Shown here piece by piece: positions 27,723-36,976 of a stretch of 36,976 bases of DNA. Position 1 is the first letter of the stretch; each line of letters opens with the position of its first letter. The notes beneath the pieces are model-generated. The model did no database searches, was not told where the DNA came from, and saw only the letters and a list, made by a program, of their open reading frames with translations. The position numbers and the translations under genes are program-made. Source of the DNA: an uncultured Lachnospiraceae bacterium (GTDB lineage Bacteria; Bacillota; Clostridia; Lachnospirales; Lachnospiraceae); contig CADAQV010000001.1 of the NCBI GenBank assembly GCA_902790095.1, forward strand, positions 1 through 36,976, written 5' to 3'.

Positions 27723-29084
27723 CTAAAGCCCCTTCAGCACGGGAAACATCACTATCGCCATTATCATGCACATGAGCATGAAAGATGGTATCATGAGTTT
27801 TCCGTTTGCTTTCTGGCCCATGATCCTTGCGTTTTCCTTTCTCATTTCAAATGCAGTATCGGATTCTTTACTCAGTCGGTCCCCCATAAGGACCGACCCT
27901 TTTTTTAAGCTCTGCAGCAGACTTGCGGAAAGCCTCCTGTAGTCGCGGTCATCGCATCTTGCGGCCATGCACATAAAAGCATCCTCTATCTGACCGGTAT
28001 TTTCCAGTTTTTTTACGGACAACAGTACTTCATCATAGCCTGCGCTCTTTTTTCCTCCTGCGTTAAGAGCAGCCTCATATTCGCTCCCTATCCTTTTCCA
28101 TGCCGCCGTAACGGGCATGCCGGATGCCAAAAGCACCGAAAGCCTTGAAACTATGCCGGGGTAGTCTCTTTTCAGTTCGCCCTGTCTTTTCTTTATCTGC
28201 CTGTCCTTTCTTCCCGATGACAAAAGCCATATAAGAACGGCCGCAAATGCGCTGAGCACGGCAGAGGTCTCATATCCTTTTCCCTCCCTTGTAAAAAAGG
28301 CCAGTTTTTTATCGTTATATTCATCCGGAAGCGATAAATATTCATCGTCATATACCGCTACATCGTTTATATACTGTGTCAGCCTTTGGGAAGCGGTCTG
28401 CTTTTTTTCCTTTGGAAACACTGCTATGTGCATATCAAAGGACTCTTCATACGCTCCGTAACAGACCGTGACTGTCAGTTTTACGTCCGTTCCTTCCTCC
28501 GGTATGCCATCTCTTATCTTTCCCGACGAGCTCATAACGGCAAGCGGATGGATCTCCCATTTAAGCTCTGCTCCGTTTGATGTCCGGCTTGGAAGCGACA
28601 GATCAAGCTTTACTTCATCTGCGGATATATTTCCCGAGAGTGCTTTTTCAAAGGCCTCCTTTGCGGCCGCCTTCATAAACTCATCAAGTGCCTCATCATC
28701 CGCATCCCGCTCTTTCACCTTCATATCTACCTTTACGGTCTCGCTGCCGGACACCGCATCAAGGGCAATGCTTTTTGCTCCGCTTCCAAAGGCCGGTCTT
28801 TCGATAAGCCCTACTTCCTTAGGCTCCTTTGCCGAAAAAAACAGCAGGCCGGTGATCAATGCCCCGGCAAAAAGCGCTGCGCATACCGCCGAAAGCCTTG
28901 TCAGAAACTCTTTTTTGATCACATCCTCGGTGCTGCTGCGCACCGCAAGCATACGATATTTTTCGGTACTTTCCGGCGAGATCTTTTTAATATATTCTTT
29001 TACAAGCCTGCATCTTATCTGCGGCATTATCAGACAGATCGATAAGACTGCCGCCACCGCGGATATTATTACAATACATAACAT
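27723..29084 (-). CDS. TadC-like type II secretion system F-family membrane protein with a large extracytoplasmic insert
   Basis: 453 aa. The C-terminal roughly 150 aa form a T2SSF-type domain (YPGIVSRLSVLLASGMPVTAAW...) followed by a final TM. Residues ~85-275 between TM2 and TM3 are an extra soluble domain. Confidence 0.8.
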   Translation of the reverse strand: MLCIVIISAVAAVLSICLIMPQIRCRLVKEYIKKISPESTEKYRMLAVRSSTEDVIKKEFLTRLSAVCAALFAGALITGLLFFSAKEPKEVGLIERPAFGSGAKSIALDAVSGSETVKVDMKVKERDADDEALDEFMKAAAKEAFEKALSGNISADEVKLDLSLPSRTSNGAELKWEIHPLAVMSSSGKIRDGIPEEGTDVKLTVTVCYGAYEESFDMHIAVFPKEKKQTASQRLTQYINDVAVYDDEYLSLPDEYNDKKLAFFTREGKGYETSAVLSAFAAVLIWLLSSGRKDRQIKKRQGELKRDYPGIVSRLSVLLASGMPVTAAWKRIGSEYEAALNAGGKKSAGYDEVLLSVKKLENTGQIEDAFMCMAARCDDRDYRRLSASLLQSLKKGSVLMGDRLSKESDTAFEMRKENARIMGQKANGKLMIPSFMLMCMIMAIVMFPVLKGL

Positions 29085-29086
29085 AT

Positions 29087-29887
29087 TTACACTGTTATCC
29101 TCATATATTTTTCACCGAGGCCAAATGCTACGCCGTATACCAAAAGGCAGACAGTCATAAATGCTCTTCCTTCATGCGCTTCATACAAAGGCCCCACCCA
29201 TTCATATGATGTGAGGTTAAGATATGCAAGTATCAACAGAGGCAAAAGAAGCATCATGTTCTTTTCCATGCGCTTTTCGGTCAGCTCCGCTCTTACGGCC
29301 CGTTCCACACCTATTTTCTGCTCGAGCTGAGATGCAAATGTTCCCATGAGCCCCGAAAGACCTCCGCCGGTCCTGCGGGCATAGTCTGTAAGCTCGGCAA
29401 GCTCTGTAAGCTCGCGGAGCTTACTTCCTGCGGCCATCTCTCCAAAAGCCTTAACGGCCGGTTCTTTGACCGCAATCCTTTTGTTCATCCTGCTCCATAA
29501 AAAAAGCAGGCTGCTTCCGCCTCCCCACAGCCTCCTAAGCTCGTCTTCGGCATATAAAAACGCGCTTTCAAGCGCGCTGCCGGCGCGAAGGGCGGTCTCA
29601 GCTGCAAGCACGGCATCCAAAAGCTCCCTTATAAGGCGGTCCTTTTTATTTGCCTCGTCTCTTTTTCTAAGGCTTATATACACTGTCACCGCAGCCGGAA
29701 AGGTTGCCGCAAGGCCTGCTAAGCTCCGGTAAAAGAGCATTGCCAGAATAAGACTTGTCAAAATCCCGCAAAGGGCAGGCAATATATGATCCTTCAAGCA
29801 AAAGCATTTTCCCCGCCCTTGAAAGCTTTTCCCTTTTTCTAAGCTTTTTACCTGTGTATACAAGGCCTCCCCCGATCTTTCCCTCAT
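29087..29887 (-). CDS. TadB-like type II secretion system F-family membrane protein (start uncertain)
   Basis: T2SSF domain (LLDAVLAAETALRAGSALESAF...YARRTGGGLSGLM...) flanked by TM segments. The ORF is open to ATG 29938. ATG 29887 is preferred because GAGGAGGG lies 5 nt upstream. TTG 29797 is another option. All candidate starts lie inside the cpaF ORF. Confidence 0.7.
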   Translation of the reverse strand: MRERSGEALYTQVKSLEKGKSFQGRGKCFCLKDHILPALCGILTSLILAMLFYRSLAGLAATFPAAVTVYISLRKRDEANKKDRLIRELLDAVLAAETALRAGSALESAFLYAEDELRRLWGGGSSLLFLWSRMNKRIAVKEPAVKAFGEMAAGSKLRELTELAELTDYARRTGGGLSGLMGTFASQLEQKIGVERAVRAELTEKRMEKNMMLLLPLLILAYLNLTSYEWVGPLYEAHEGRAFMTVCLLVYGVAFGLGEKYMRITV

Positions 29888-31010
29888 CCGTTCCCTCCTC
29901 GGAATATTCAAACAAAGTCTGAAGCGGGATCTCTCCATCCTCTAAAGGCAGTACCTCTTCTATGGATACCACTTTCCTGCTTCCGTCCCTAATCCTTGCC
30001 ACCTGAACTATTATGTCAAGCGCCGAAGCGATCTGTCCTCTTACAGCGGCAAGAGGCATATCCATGCCCATAAGTACCATCGTCTCTATCCTGCTGAGCA
30101 TATCCTTTGGACTGTTTGAGTGCCCCGTGCTTAGACTTCCGTCATGACCGGTGTTCATGGCGGATAACATATCTATAGCCTCCGCACCGCGGATCTCTCC
30201 CACTATCAGCCTGTCGGGCCTCATACGAAGGGCGTTTCTTATAAGCTCTCTTATGGGTATTTCCTCTGCCCCTTCTGCAGAGCGTGCCCTTGTCTCAAGA
30301 CGCACCAGATCGTCGCAGCCCGATATCTGAAGCTCGGCGGAATCTTCTATGGTTATGACCCTTTCATCACCTGCTATATATTCTGACAGGCTGTTTAAAA
30401 GGGTGGTCTTTCCGGACCCGGTTCCGCCGGAAATAAATATGTTATACTTTGCCTCAACCAGTGTCTTTAAGTATTCCGCCGCCTCCTTACTGATGCTTCC
30501 GTTTGCGATCAGTCCTTCCATGGTAAACCTTTTCTGGCAGAACTTTCTGATGGTGAGGACGGGGCCGTCAAGAGCCACCGGGTACATGATGCAGTGCACC
30601 CTGCTGCCGTCTGAAAGCCTGGCATCGGCTATGGGCCTTGCTTCGTTTATGTGCCGGTTCACTCCCGAAACGATATTTGTGACAAGGTTTTCAAGCGCTG
30701 TTCTGCTTGAAAAGCTCTTTTCATAGCGGAAGACCCTTCCGCCCTTTTCATAGAATATCTTTTCGGGGCCGTTTACCATCACTTCGGTGACATCCGGATC
30801 ATCCAAAAGGTCGCTTATGACATCAAAGCGCCTGAAGCCGTCAAACAGCTCTTTTTTTATTTCTATCTTTTCTTTTAAAGGCAGTCTTTTGGCTTCTGAC
30901 TCTATGCAGCCGTCTATTATCTTTGATATCTTCCTGTCATCAAGCCCCTGCATGCCTCCTATCTCGCCAAGTATCCTTTTGCGCAGGCTTTCCCTGATCT
31001 CTTCTGTCAT
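29667..31010 (-). CDS. cpaF: CpaF/TadA-family secretion ATPase
   Basis: 447 aa. Walker A GGTGSGKTT, RVITIEDSAEL, and a His box NTGHDGSLSTGHSN. Family-like sequence ends near ...KLSRAGK. The last roughly 46 aa (Cys/Pro/Gly-rich) overlap tadB out of frame. Confidence 0.9.
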   Translation of the reverse strand: MTEEIRESLRKRILGEIGGMQGLDDRKISKIIDGCIESEAKRLPLKEKIEIKKELFDGFRRFDVISDLLDDPDVTEVMVNGPEKIFYEKGGRVFRYEKSFSSRTALENLVTNIVSGVNRHINEARPIADARLSDGSRVHCIMYPVALDGPVLTIRKFCQKRFTMEGLIANGSISKEAAEYLKTLVEAKYNIFISGGTGSGKTTLLNSLSEYIAGDERVITIEDSAELQISGCDDLVRLETRARSAEGAEEIPIRELIRNALRMRPDRLIVGEIRGAEAIDMLSAMNTGHDGSLSTGHSNSPKDMLSRIETMVLMGMDMPLAAVRGQIASALDIIVQVARIRDGSRKVVSIEEVLPLEDGEIPLQTLFEYSEEGTDEGKIGGGLVYTGKKLRKREKLSRAGKMLLLEGSYIACPLRDFDKSYSGNALLPELSRPCGNLSGCGDSVYKP

Positions 31011-31026
31011 ATATCTGCCCTCTTTT

Positions 31027-31983
31027 CTACAGATATTTTCTTATATATTCTTCATACTCGGCCGAAAAGGTGATCTCGCCTGCCACCGGCCAGGCGGCAA
31101 AGGGCGGGCGGACCTCTTCATGGCTCTGCAGGGATATTCCGGCCGTAGAAAGATGTCTGTAAAAAGCTCTGAGCTTTTCCTCTTCTCCCCTGCCCTCCAA
31201 AACGGGGATCATTACTTTGTCAAAGCAGGCGAGCGCGTCTGCGGGAATCAGGCTTCCCATATCGACTATCACGGCCGCATAGCCGCTTTCTTCCAAAAAG
31301 TATCTGACAAGGGAATTTATCTCTTCCCCCGAAAGGCTTTTTATGTCTTCCGGCAGTTCCGGCGGGCAAAGAAAGTCAAACCTTCCCGCGCTTGCCACGA
31401 TCTCACGCTCTTTTTCCTTCAGAAAGCCCTGCGCATTGTAATAAACAGCGTCCGCAACGCTCCCCTCACTGTCCGGGCAAAAATATGTTTTTAACGGCGA
31501 ATATTCCTCAAGGCTTATAAGCAACGTGGGCACTCTCTCCCCCATGATGCGGGAAAGCGCAACGGAAAACAGCGTAGCGCCGCATCTGTGGACAGGCGAA
31601 TATACCGCGATGCTCTTTTTTTCGTTTATGCCTAATGAGGGGTCATCCCTTCCCCTTATCTCTAAGAGAAGCTCCGTAAGTGTTCTGTATTTATATATCA
31701 GCCTGACCCCTGCCTCCCCGGCGGCCGCAGCCTCCTCTTTGGAAGGTCTTTCCTCGCACAGACCGATGACCTCGCCCACATTTATCCCTTTCATGTCCGG
31801 CGAAAACTCGTCCCATGCTATAAGAAGGGTCCTTAAGTAATGTTTTTTTGTAAAGAGCGCCACATTTTCCGCCTTTGTAAATTCGACTGTAAGGTGACTC
31901 TCTCCCATTCTCTTTACGATCCCTTCCATAAGCCTTCTGGCATACACTGGATCGCGATCGTAGATACCGATATAGTTTTCCAT
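31027..31983 (-). CDS. TadZ/CpaE-like protein (receiver-like N-domain plus degenerate ParA/MinD-like domain)
   Basis: Start moved to ATG 31983 (MENYIGIYDRD), with GGAGG 7 nt upstream. SIAVYSPVHRCGATLFSVAL aligns by eye to the CpaE/TadZ P-loop region (I.V...KGGvGaTT.A.NLA) but lacks the KGG. Positioned directly upstream of cpaF. Confidence 0.6.
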   Translation of the reverse strand: MENYIGIYDRDPVYARRLMEGIVKRMGESHLTVEFTKAENVALFTKKHYLRTLLIAWDEFSPDMKGINVGEVIGLCEERPSKEEAAAAGEAGVRLIYKYRTLTELLLEIRGRDDPSLGINEKKSIAVYSPVHRCGATLFSVALSRIMGERVPTLLISLEEYSPLKTYFCPDSEGSVADAVYYNAQGFLKEKEREIVASAGRFDFLCPPELPEDIKSLSGEEINSLVRYFLEESGYAAVIVDMGSLIPADALACFDKVMIPVLEGRGEEEKLRAFYRHLSTAGISLQSHEEVRPPFAAWPVAGEITFSAEYEEYIRKYL

Positions 31984-32015
31984 AATTTGCCTCCCGAAAG
32001 CATTATCCATCACCT

Positions 32016-32053
32016 AAAAAAAAAGTCAAGGGCAGCGATGATGGCCGCTGCCC
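32016..32053 (-). terminator. Second intrinsic terminator-like hairpin, 33 nt upstream of the tadZ-like start
   Basis: On the minus strand: GGGCAGCG-GCCATCAT-CGCTGCCC followed by TTGAC and T9. Confidence 0.55.
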
Positions 32054-32148
32054 CCGTTTAATTATATCGGTACCTGATTTTTTACTGCATTTTACGCAAT
32101 TCTGTAAAAAATTTTACGCCTCTAAAGTGCATTTCTCCCATTTCGTGC

Positions 32149-32173
32149 AAAAACGGGGCCCGATATGGGCCCC
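32149..32173 (-). terminator. atp operon intrinsic terminator
   Basis: On the minus strand: GGGGCCC-ATATC-GGGCCCC followed by GTTTTT, 22 nt after the atpC stop. Confidence 0.7.
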
Positions 32174-32194
32174 ATTTTAATATTTCGTAGAATT

Positions 32195-32599
32195 TTACTT
32201 TTTTCCTGCTATGTCTATCCTGACAAGCGCTCTTTGAAGAGCAAGCTCTGCTCTCATAAGGTTCATGTCCGAATGGTATCTTGCAAGCTGCCTCTGGGCA
32301 TGTTCCTTTGCTTTGTTGGCCCTTTCGACATCTATCTCTTCCGGCCACTCGACGATCTCCGCAAGCACGCGTACCTCGCTTGGGCTTATCTCCAAAAAGC
32401 CGGAATGAAGGGCTGCCATTTTTGTCCCTTCCTTTTCGTGGATCACAAGCTTGCCGGGCTGGAGTATACAGGTCTCTGCCACATGACCGGGATATACGCC
32501 TCTGTATCCGTCAGTAGAGCGAAATTCCACCATGGTCACATCGCCTTCATAAAATATCCTGTCAGGTGCTATTATGCTTAAATGCATCGTATCTGCCAT
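32195..32599 (-). CDS. atpC: F0F1 ATP synthase subunit epsilon
   Basis: Start taken as ATG 32599 (MADTMHLSIIAPDRIFYEGDV), with GGAGG 5 nt upstream. Typical epsilon N-terminal beta-sandwich plus a helical C-terminus. Confidence 0.93.
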   Translation of the reverse strand: MADTMHLSIIAPDRIFYEGDVTMVEFRSTDGYRGVYPGHVAETCILQPGKLVIHEKEGTKMAALHSGFLEISPSEVRVLAEIVEWPEEIDVERANKAKEHAQRQLARYHSDMNLMRAELALQRALVRIDIAGKK

Positions 32600-32624
32600 G
32601 GCTGCCTCCAATCAAATATACTCT

Positions 32625-34028
<1,404 letters not shown>

Positions 34029-34047
34029 TTACTCTTCAAAAGCCCTG

Positions 34048-34905
34048 TCATGAGATCGCATTTGCTCCTGCTATTATCTCTGTCAGCTCCTGGGTTATCG
34101 AGTCCTGTCTTACTCTGTTATATTCAAGCTCAAGGTCCTCTATCATTTCCTCTGCATTTGATGTCGCGTTATCCATTGCCTGCATACGCGCGCCGTTCTC
34201 GCTTGCGAGGGCTTCACTTAAGGCACCGTATATGAGGCTTGCGATGTACTTCGGAACGATCTCCTCAAGCGCCTCCTGCTCTTCCATCTCGTAGTTCATA
34301 AGGGTGTTTGCATCCACATCTCCCGTATGCTGCTTCGGATCCACCGGAAGAAGCTGAAGGCTTCTCGGTTCCTGGGTCACCGTGTTTACAAACCTGCTGT
34401 AAACAAGATGGATCTCGCCGATCTTTTCCTCTCGGTAATCGTTTATAAGCATCTTTGTTATCAAATAAGCATCCGCATATATGGGCGCGGAAATGGAATC
34501 CGAAAAATCCATTCCCATCTCATACCCTTTGTGCATAAGGAGCTCTTTGCCCTTTCTGCCCACCGGGTAGATAACAACATCTTTTTTGTCAAGGGAGGGA
34601 TCCTCCGTGACCTTCCTTACGATGTTGGAATTATAGCCCCCCGCAAGGCCTCTGTTTGATGTTATTACAACGACCGCTTTCTTTTTGCATCCGTTGCCGC
34701 ATGTGAAGGGGTGCCTGATCTCCTCGCTCAGCTTAAGGATGGATGTGGTCGTGTCGTACATAAAGTCAAAGTACGGCTTGCTGTCTTCGGCCTTTTGTCT
34801 GGCCTTCTGAAGCTTTACCGTCGAAACGAGCTTCATGGCCTTTGTTATCTGACCGGTGCTTTCGATACTGCTTTTTCTTTTTTTAAGGTCTGTCATTGAA
34901 GCCAT
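34048..34905 (-). CDS. atpG: F0F1 ATP synthase subunit gamma
   Basis: 285 aa. N-terminal IESTGQITKAMKLVSTVKLQKA and C-terminal ITQELTEIIAGANA helices typical of gamma. Confidence 0.95.
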   Translation of the reverse strand: MASMTDLKKRKSSIESTGQITKAMKLVSTVKLQKARQKAEDSKPYFDFMYDTTTSILKLSEEIRHPFTCGNGCKKKAVVVITSNRGLAGGYNSNIVRKVTEDPSLDKKDVVIYPVGRKGKELLMHKGYEMGMDFSDSISAPIYADAYLITKMLINDYREEKIGEIHLVYSRFVNTVTQEPRSLQLLPVDPKQHTGDVDANTLMNYEMEEQEALEEIVPKYIASLIYGALSEALASENGARMQAMDNATSNAEEMIEDLELEYNRVRQDSITQELTEIIAGANAIS

Positions 34906-34920
34906 GAAATATCACTTCCT

Positions 34921-36441
34921 TTATTCGGCTTTCGTTTCCTTAAGCTCTTCCTTATACTCTGTAATGCTCTTTTTGATAAGCTCTTCGATCTCGTCGTCAA
35001 GTTCTCCCTTTTCCCTGATAAGCGCGGGAAGATCGGGATATCTGGTGTCGATAAACGCAAAGAGACCTTCTTCAAACGATCTTATTGCCGATGTCTCGAC
35101 ATCAAGAAGATACTTTCTTGTACAAGCATAGATGATGATGATCTGATATTCTACAGGCAGGGGCTTGTACTGATCCTGCTTTAATATCTCTCTGATCCTC
35201 TCGCCCTGCGCAAGCTTCTGTCTGGTATCCTCGTCGAGCTCAGAACCAAACTGGGCAAAGGCAGCCAGCTCTCTGTACTGTGCAAGCTCCACACGGATGG
35301 GCGCGGCGATCTTTTTCATTGCCTTTATCTGCGCAGCGCCGCCTACTCTCGATACCGAAAGACCGGCATTTACCGCAGGTCTGAAACCTGAATTGAACAT
35401 TTCGGTCTCAAGATAGATCTGTCCGTCCGTGATCGAAATAACATTTGTCGGGATATATGCCGAAACATCGCCCGCCTGTGTCTCGATTATAGGCAGAGCC
35501 GTAAGCGAACCGCCGCCGTATTCGGGCGCAAGTCTTGCCGCACGCTCAAGAAGCCTTGAGTGAAGATAGAATACGTCACCCGGGTAAGCCTCACGGCCCG
35601 GAGGTCTCTTAAGAAGAAGCGAAAGCGTTCTGTATGCGGCCGCATGCTTGCTGAGATCGTCATACACTATAAGAACGTCCTTGCCGTTTTCCATCCACTC
35701 TTCGCCTATTGCGCAGCCCGCATAAGGAGCAATGTACTGCAAAGGCGCAAGCTCGCTGGCAGTGGACGCAACGATGCAGGTGTAATCCATTGCGCCGTAT
35801 TCATCAAGAGTCTTAACTATATTTGCAACGGTCGATGCCTTCTGTCCGATGGCAACATAGATGCAGAGAACACCCTTGCCCTTCTGATTTATTATTGTAT
35901 CTATTGCTATTGCGGTCTTTCCGGTCTGACGGTCACCTATTATAAGCTCTCTCTGTCCTCTTCCGATGGGCACCATCGCGTCGATGGCCTTGATACCGGT
36001 CTGAAGCGGAACGGATACGGATTTTCTGGTGATAACGCCCGGAGCGACTCTCTCTATCCGGCGTGTCTTTGTCGTATGGATCGGTCCCTTGTCGTCGATG
36101 GGTTGACCGAGTGAGTTTACGACTCTTCCTATCATGGCATCGCCTACCGGAACGGATACGACCTTTCCTGTCGTCTTTACGGTATCGCCTTCGCGGATGC
36201 TCCTGCCGTCGCCCATAAGTATAACGCCGACATTATCTTCCTCGAGGTTTTGCACCATGCCGTAAACTTCGCCGGGAAATTCAAGAAGCTCGCCCTGCAT
36301 CGCCGTTTCAAGGCCGTGAACTCTGGCTATGCCGTCCGCAACCTGAATAACGGTGCCGACATTTGAAACTTCAAGCTTGCCGGCAAAGCGCGCTATCTCT
36401 TCTTTGATCACAGAACTGATCTCTTCTGATTTCAGATTCAT
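34921..36441 (-). CDS. atpA: F0F1 ATP synthase subunit alpha
   Basis: 506 aa. Walker A GDRQTGKT, and alpha-type sequence throughout. Confidence 0.98.
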   Translation of the reverse strand: MNLKSEEISSVIKEEIARFAGKLEVSNVGTVIQVADGIARVHGLETAMQGELLEFPGEVYGMVQNLEEDNVGVILMGDGRSIREGDTVKTTGKVVSVPVGDAMIGRVVNSLGQPIDDKGPIHTTKTRRIERVAPGVITRKSVSVPLQTGIKAIDAMVPIGRGQRELIIGDRQTGKTAIAIDTIINQKGKGVLCIYVAIGQKASTVANIVKTLDEYGAMDYTCIVASTASELAPLQYIAPYAGCAIGEEWMENGKDVLIVYDDLSKHAAAYRTLSLLLKRPPGREAYPGDVFYLHSRLLERAARLAPEYGGGSLTALPIIETQAGDVSAYIPTNVISITDGQIYLETEMFNSGFRPAVNAGLSVSRVGGAAQIKAMKKIAAPIRVELAQYRELAAFAQFGSELDEDTRQKLAQGERIREILKQDQYKPLPVEYQIIIIYACTRKYLLDVETSAIRSFEEGLFAFIDTRYPDLPALIREKGELDDEIEELIKKSITEYKEELKETKAE

Positions 36442-36462
36442 GTGAATTCCTACCTTTCATTC

Positions 36463-36976
36463 TTATTTGATCTGTAACATTTTAAGCTGTCTCGTCATGT
36501 TTTTCAGTCTCGTCGCCGCCGAGCTGTCCACCACACGGTCCCCTATACGAATGACCATTCCGGAAAGAAGCGATTCATCGATCTCAAAATGAAATTCGAG
36601 CGATGTATACTTCGTATCCGCAAGCAGCTTTTTCTTTAGTGCCTCTTTCTGTGAAGCCTTCATTTCGATGGGAGTTTTTACATATACCTCCCCTATGCCC
36701 TTTGCCTCTTTGCAAAGGGATATGATTCCCGAAAGAATATCTTCAATATGTCCGATCCTGCCTTTTTCAAGGAGAAGCAGCATAAGACCGTAGAGCTCGT
36801 CCATGACTCTGCCCTTAAAGATCCTCTCTATAACGCCTTCCTTTTCCTCGATCTGAATATCAGGATGCACGAGTATCCTTAACAGATCGGGATTATCGGA
36901 CAGCAGCTCATACATCTTGCCGGACTGCGCGTAAAGCTCCTCAAGTTTTCCGGCAGAATACGCGCTGTCAAAAACG
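36463..36976 (-). CDS. atpH: F0F1 ATP synthase subunit delta (5' end beyond the window)
   Basis: The reading frame stays open to the window edge (..FDSAYSAGKLEELYAQSGKMYELL..). OSCP/delta-like C-terminus (GMVIRIGDRVVDSSAATRLKNM) and position upstream of atpA. Confidence 0.9.
   Translation of the reverse strand, partial: VFDSAYSAGKLEELYAQSGKMYELLSDNPDLLRILVHPDIQIEEKEGVIERIFKGRVMDELYGLMLLLLEKGRIGHIEDILSGIISLCKEAKGIGEVYVKTPIEMKASQKEALKKKLLADTKYTSLEFHFEIDESLLSGMVIRIGDRVVDSSAATRLKNMTRQLKMLQIK

Noticed and set aside
32082-32141. A 19-codon ORF (MGEMHFRGVKFFTELRKMQ) between the two terminators, considered as a candidate Flp pilin or leader peptide.
   Set aside because: It is far too short and too hydrophilic for a Flp pilin, with no G/xxxxEY-type processing motif and no hydrophobic helix. 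The SD spacing is poor. It is kept only as context in the tandem-terminator finding.

Overview
This is a mostly housekeeping chromosomal segment of a Firmicutes/Clostridia-type genome. The Lachnospiraceae-like impression comes from gene content and order and is inference only.

Gene order, left to right:
- 3' end of mutS2
- an OmpR-type response regulator and histidine kinase pair
- an unusual phased 54-bp inverted-repeat array
- the Bacillus-like block S4(yabO-like)-divIC-tilS-hpt-ftsH on the minus strand
- an alpha/beta hydrolase and a membrane protein
- hup
- a tightly packed string of CBS-type ppaC, flavin reductase, murA and metK
- two uncharacterised coiled-coil/membrane proteins
- a DUF5711-like gene followed by galE and glcK
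- two more uncharacterised proteins
- a 1283-aa multidomain diguanylate cyclase
- pgi and murG
- a four-gene Tad/Flp-type module with no pilin (tadZ-like, cpaF, tadB, tadC-like)
- the F1 half of the ATP synthase operon (atpH-A-G-D-C)

I saw no rRNA, tRNA, CRISPR-cas, IS elements, integrases or phage genes.

Items worth a second look:
- Nine CATACCC-N21-GGGTATG units at 2361-2834, eight of them at an exact 54-bp period. Half-sites and spacing are conserved even where the intervening sequence has diverged.
- A perfect 42-bp-arm palindrome at 9332-9418.
- The orphan Tad-like module, which has a P-loop-degenerate TadZ-like protein, out-of-frame cpaF/tadB ORF overlap and an enlarged TadC.
- The unusual domain architecture of the GGDEF protein.

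All functional calls rest on motif recognition in the supplied translations. No database search was possible.
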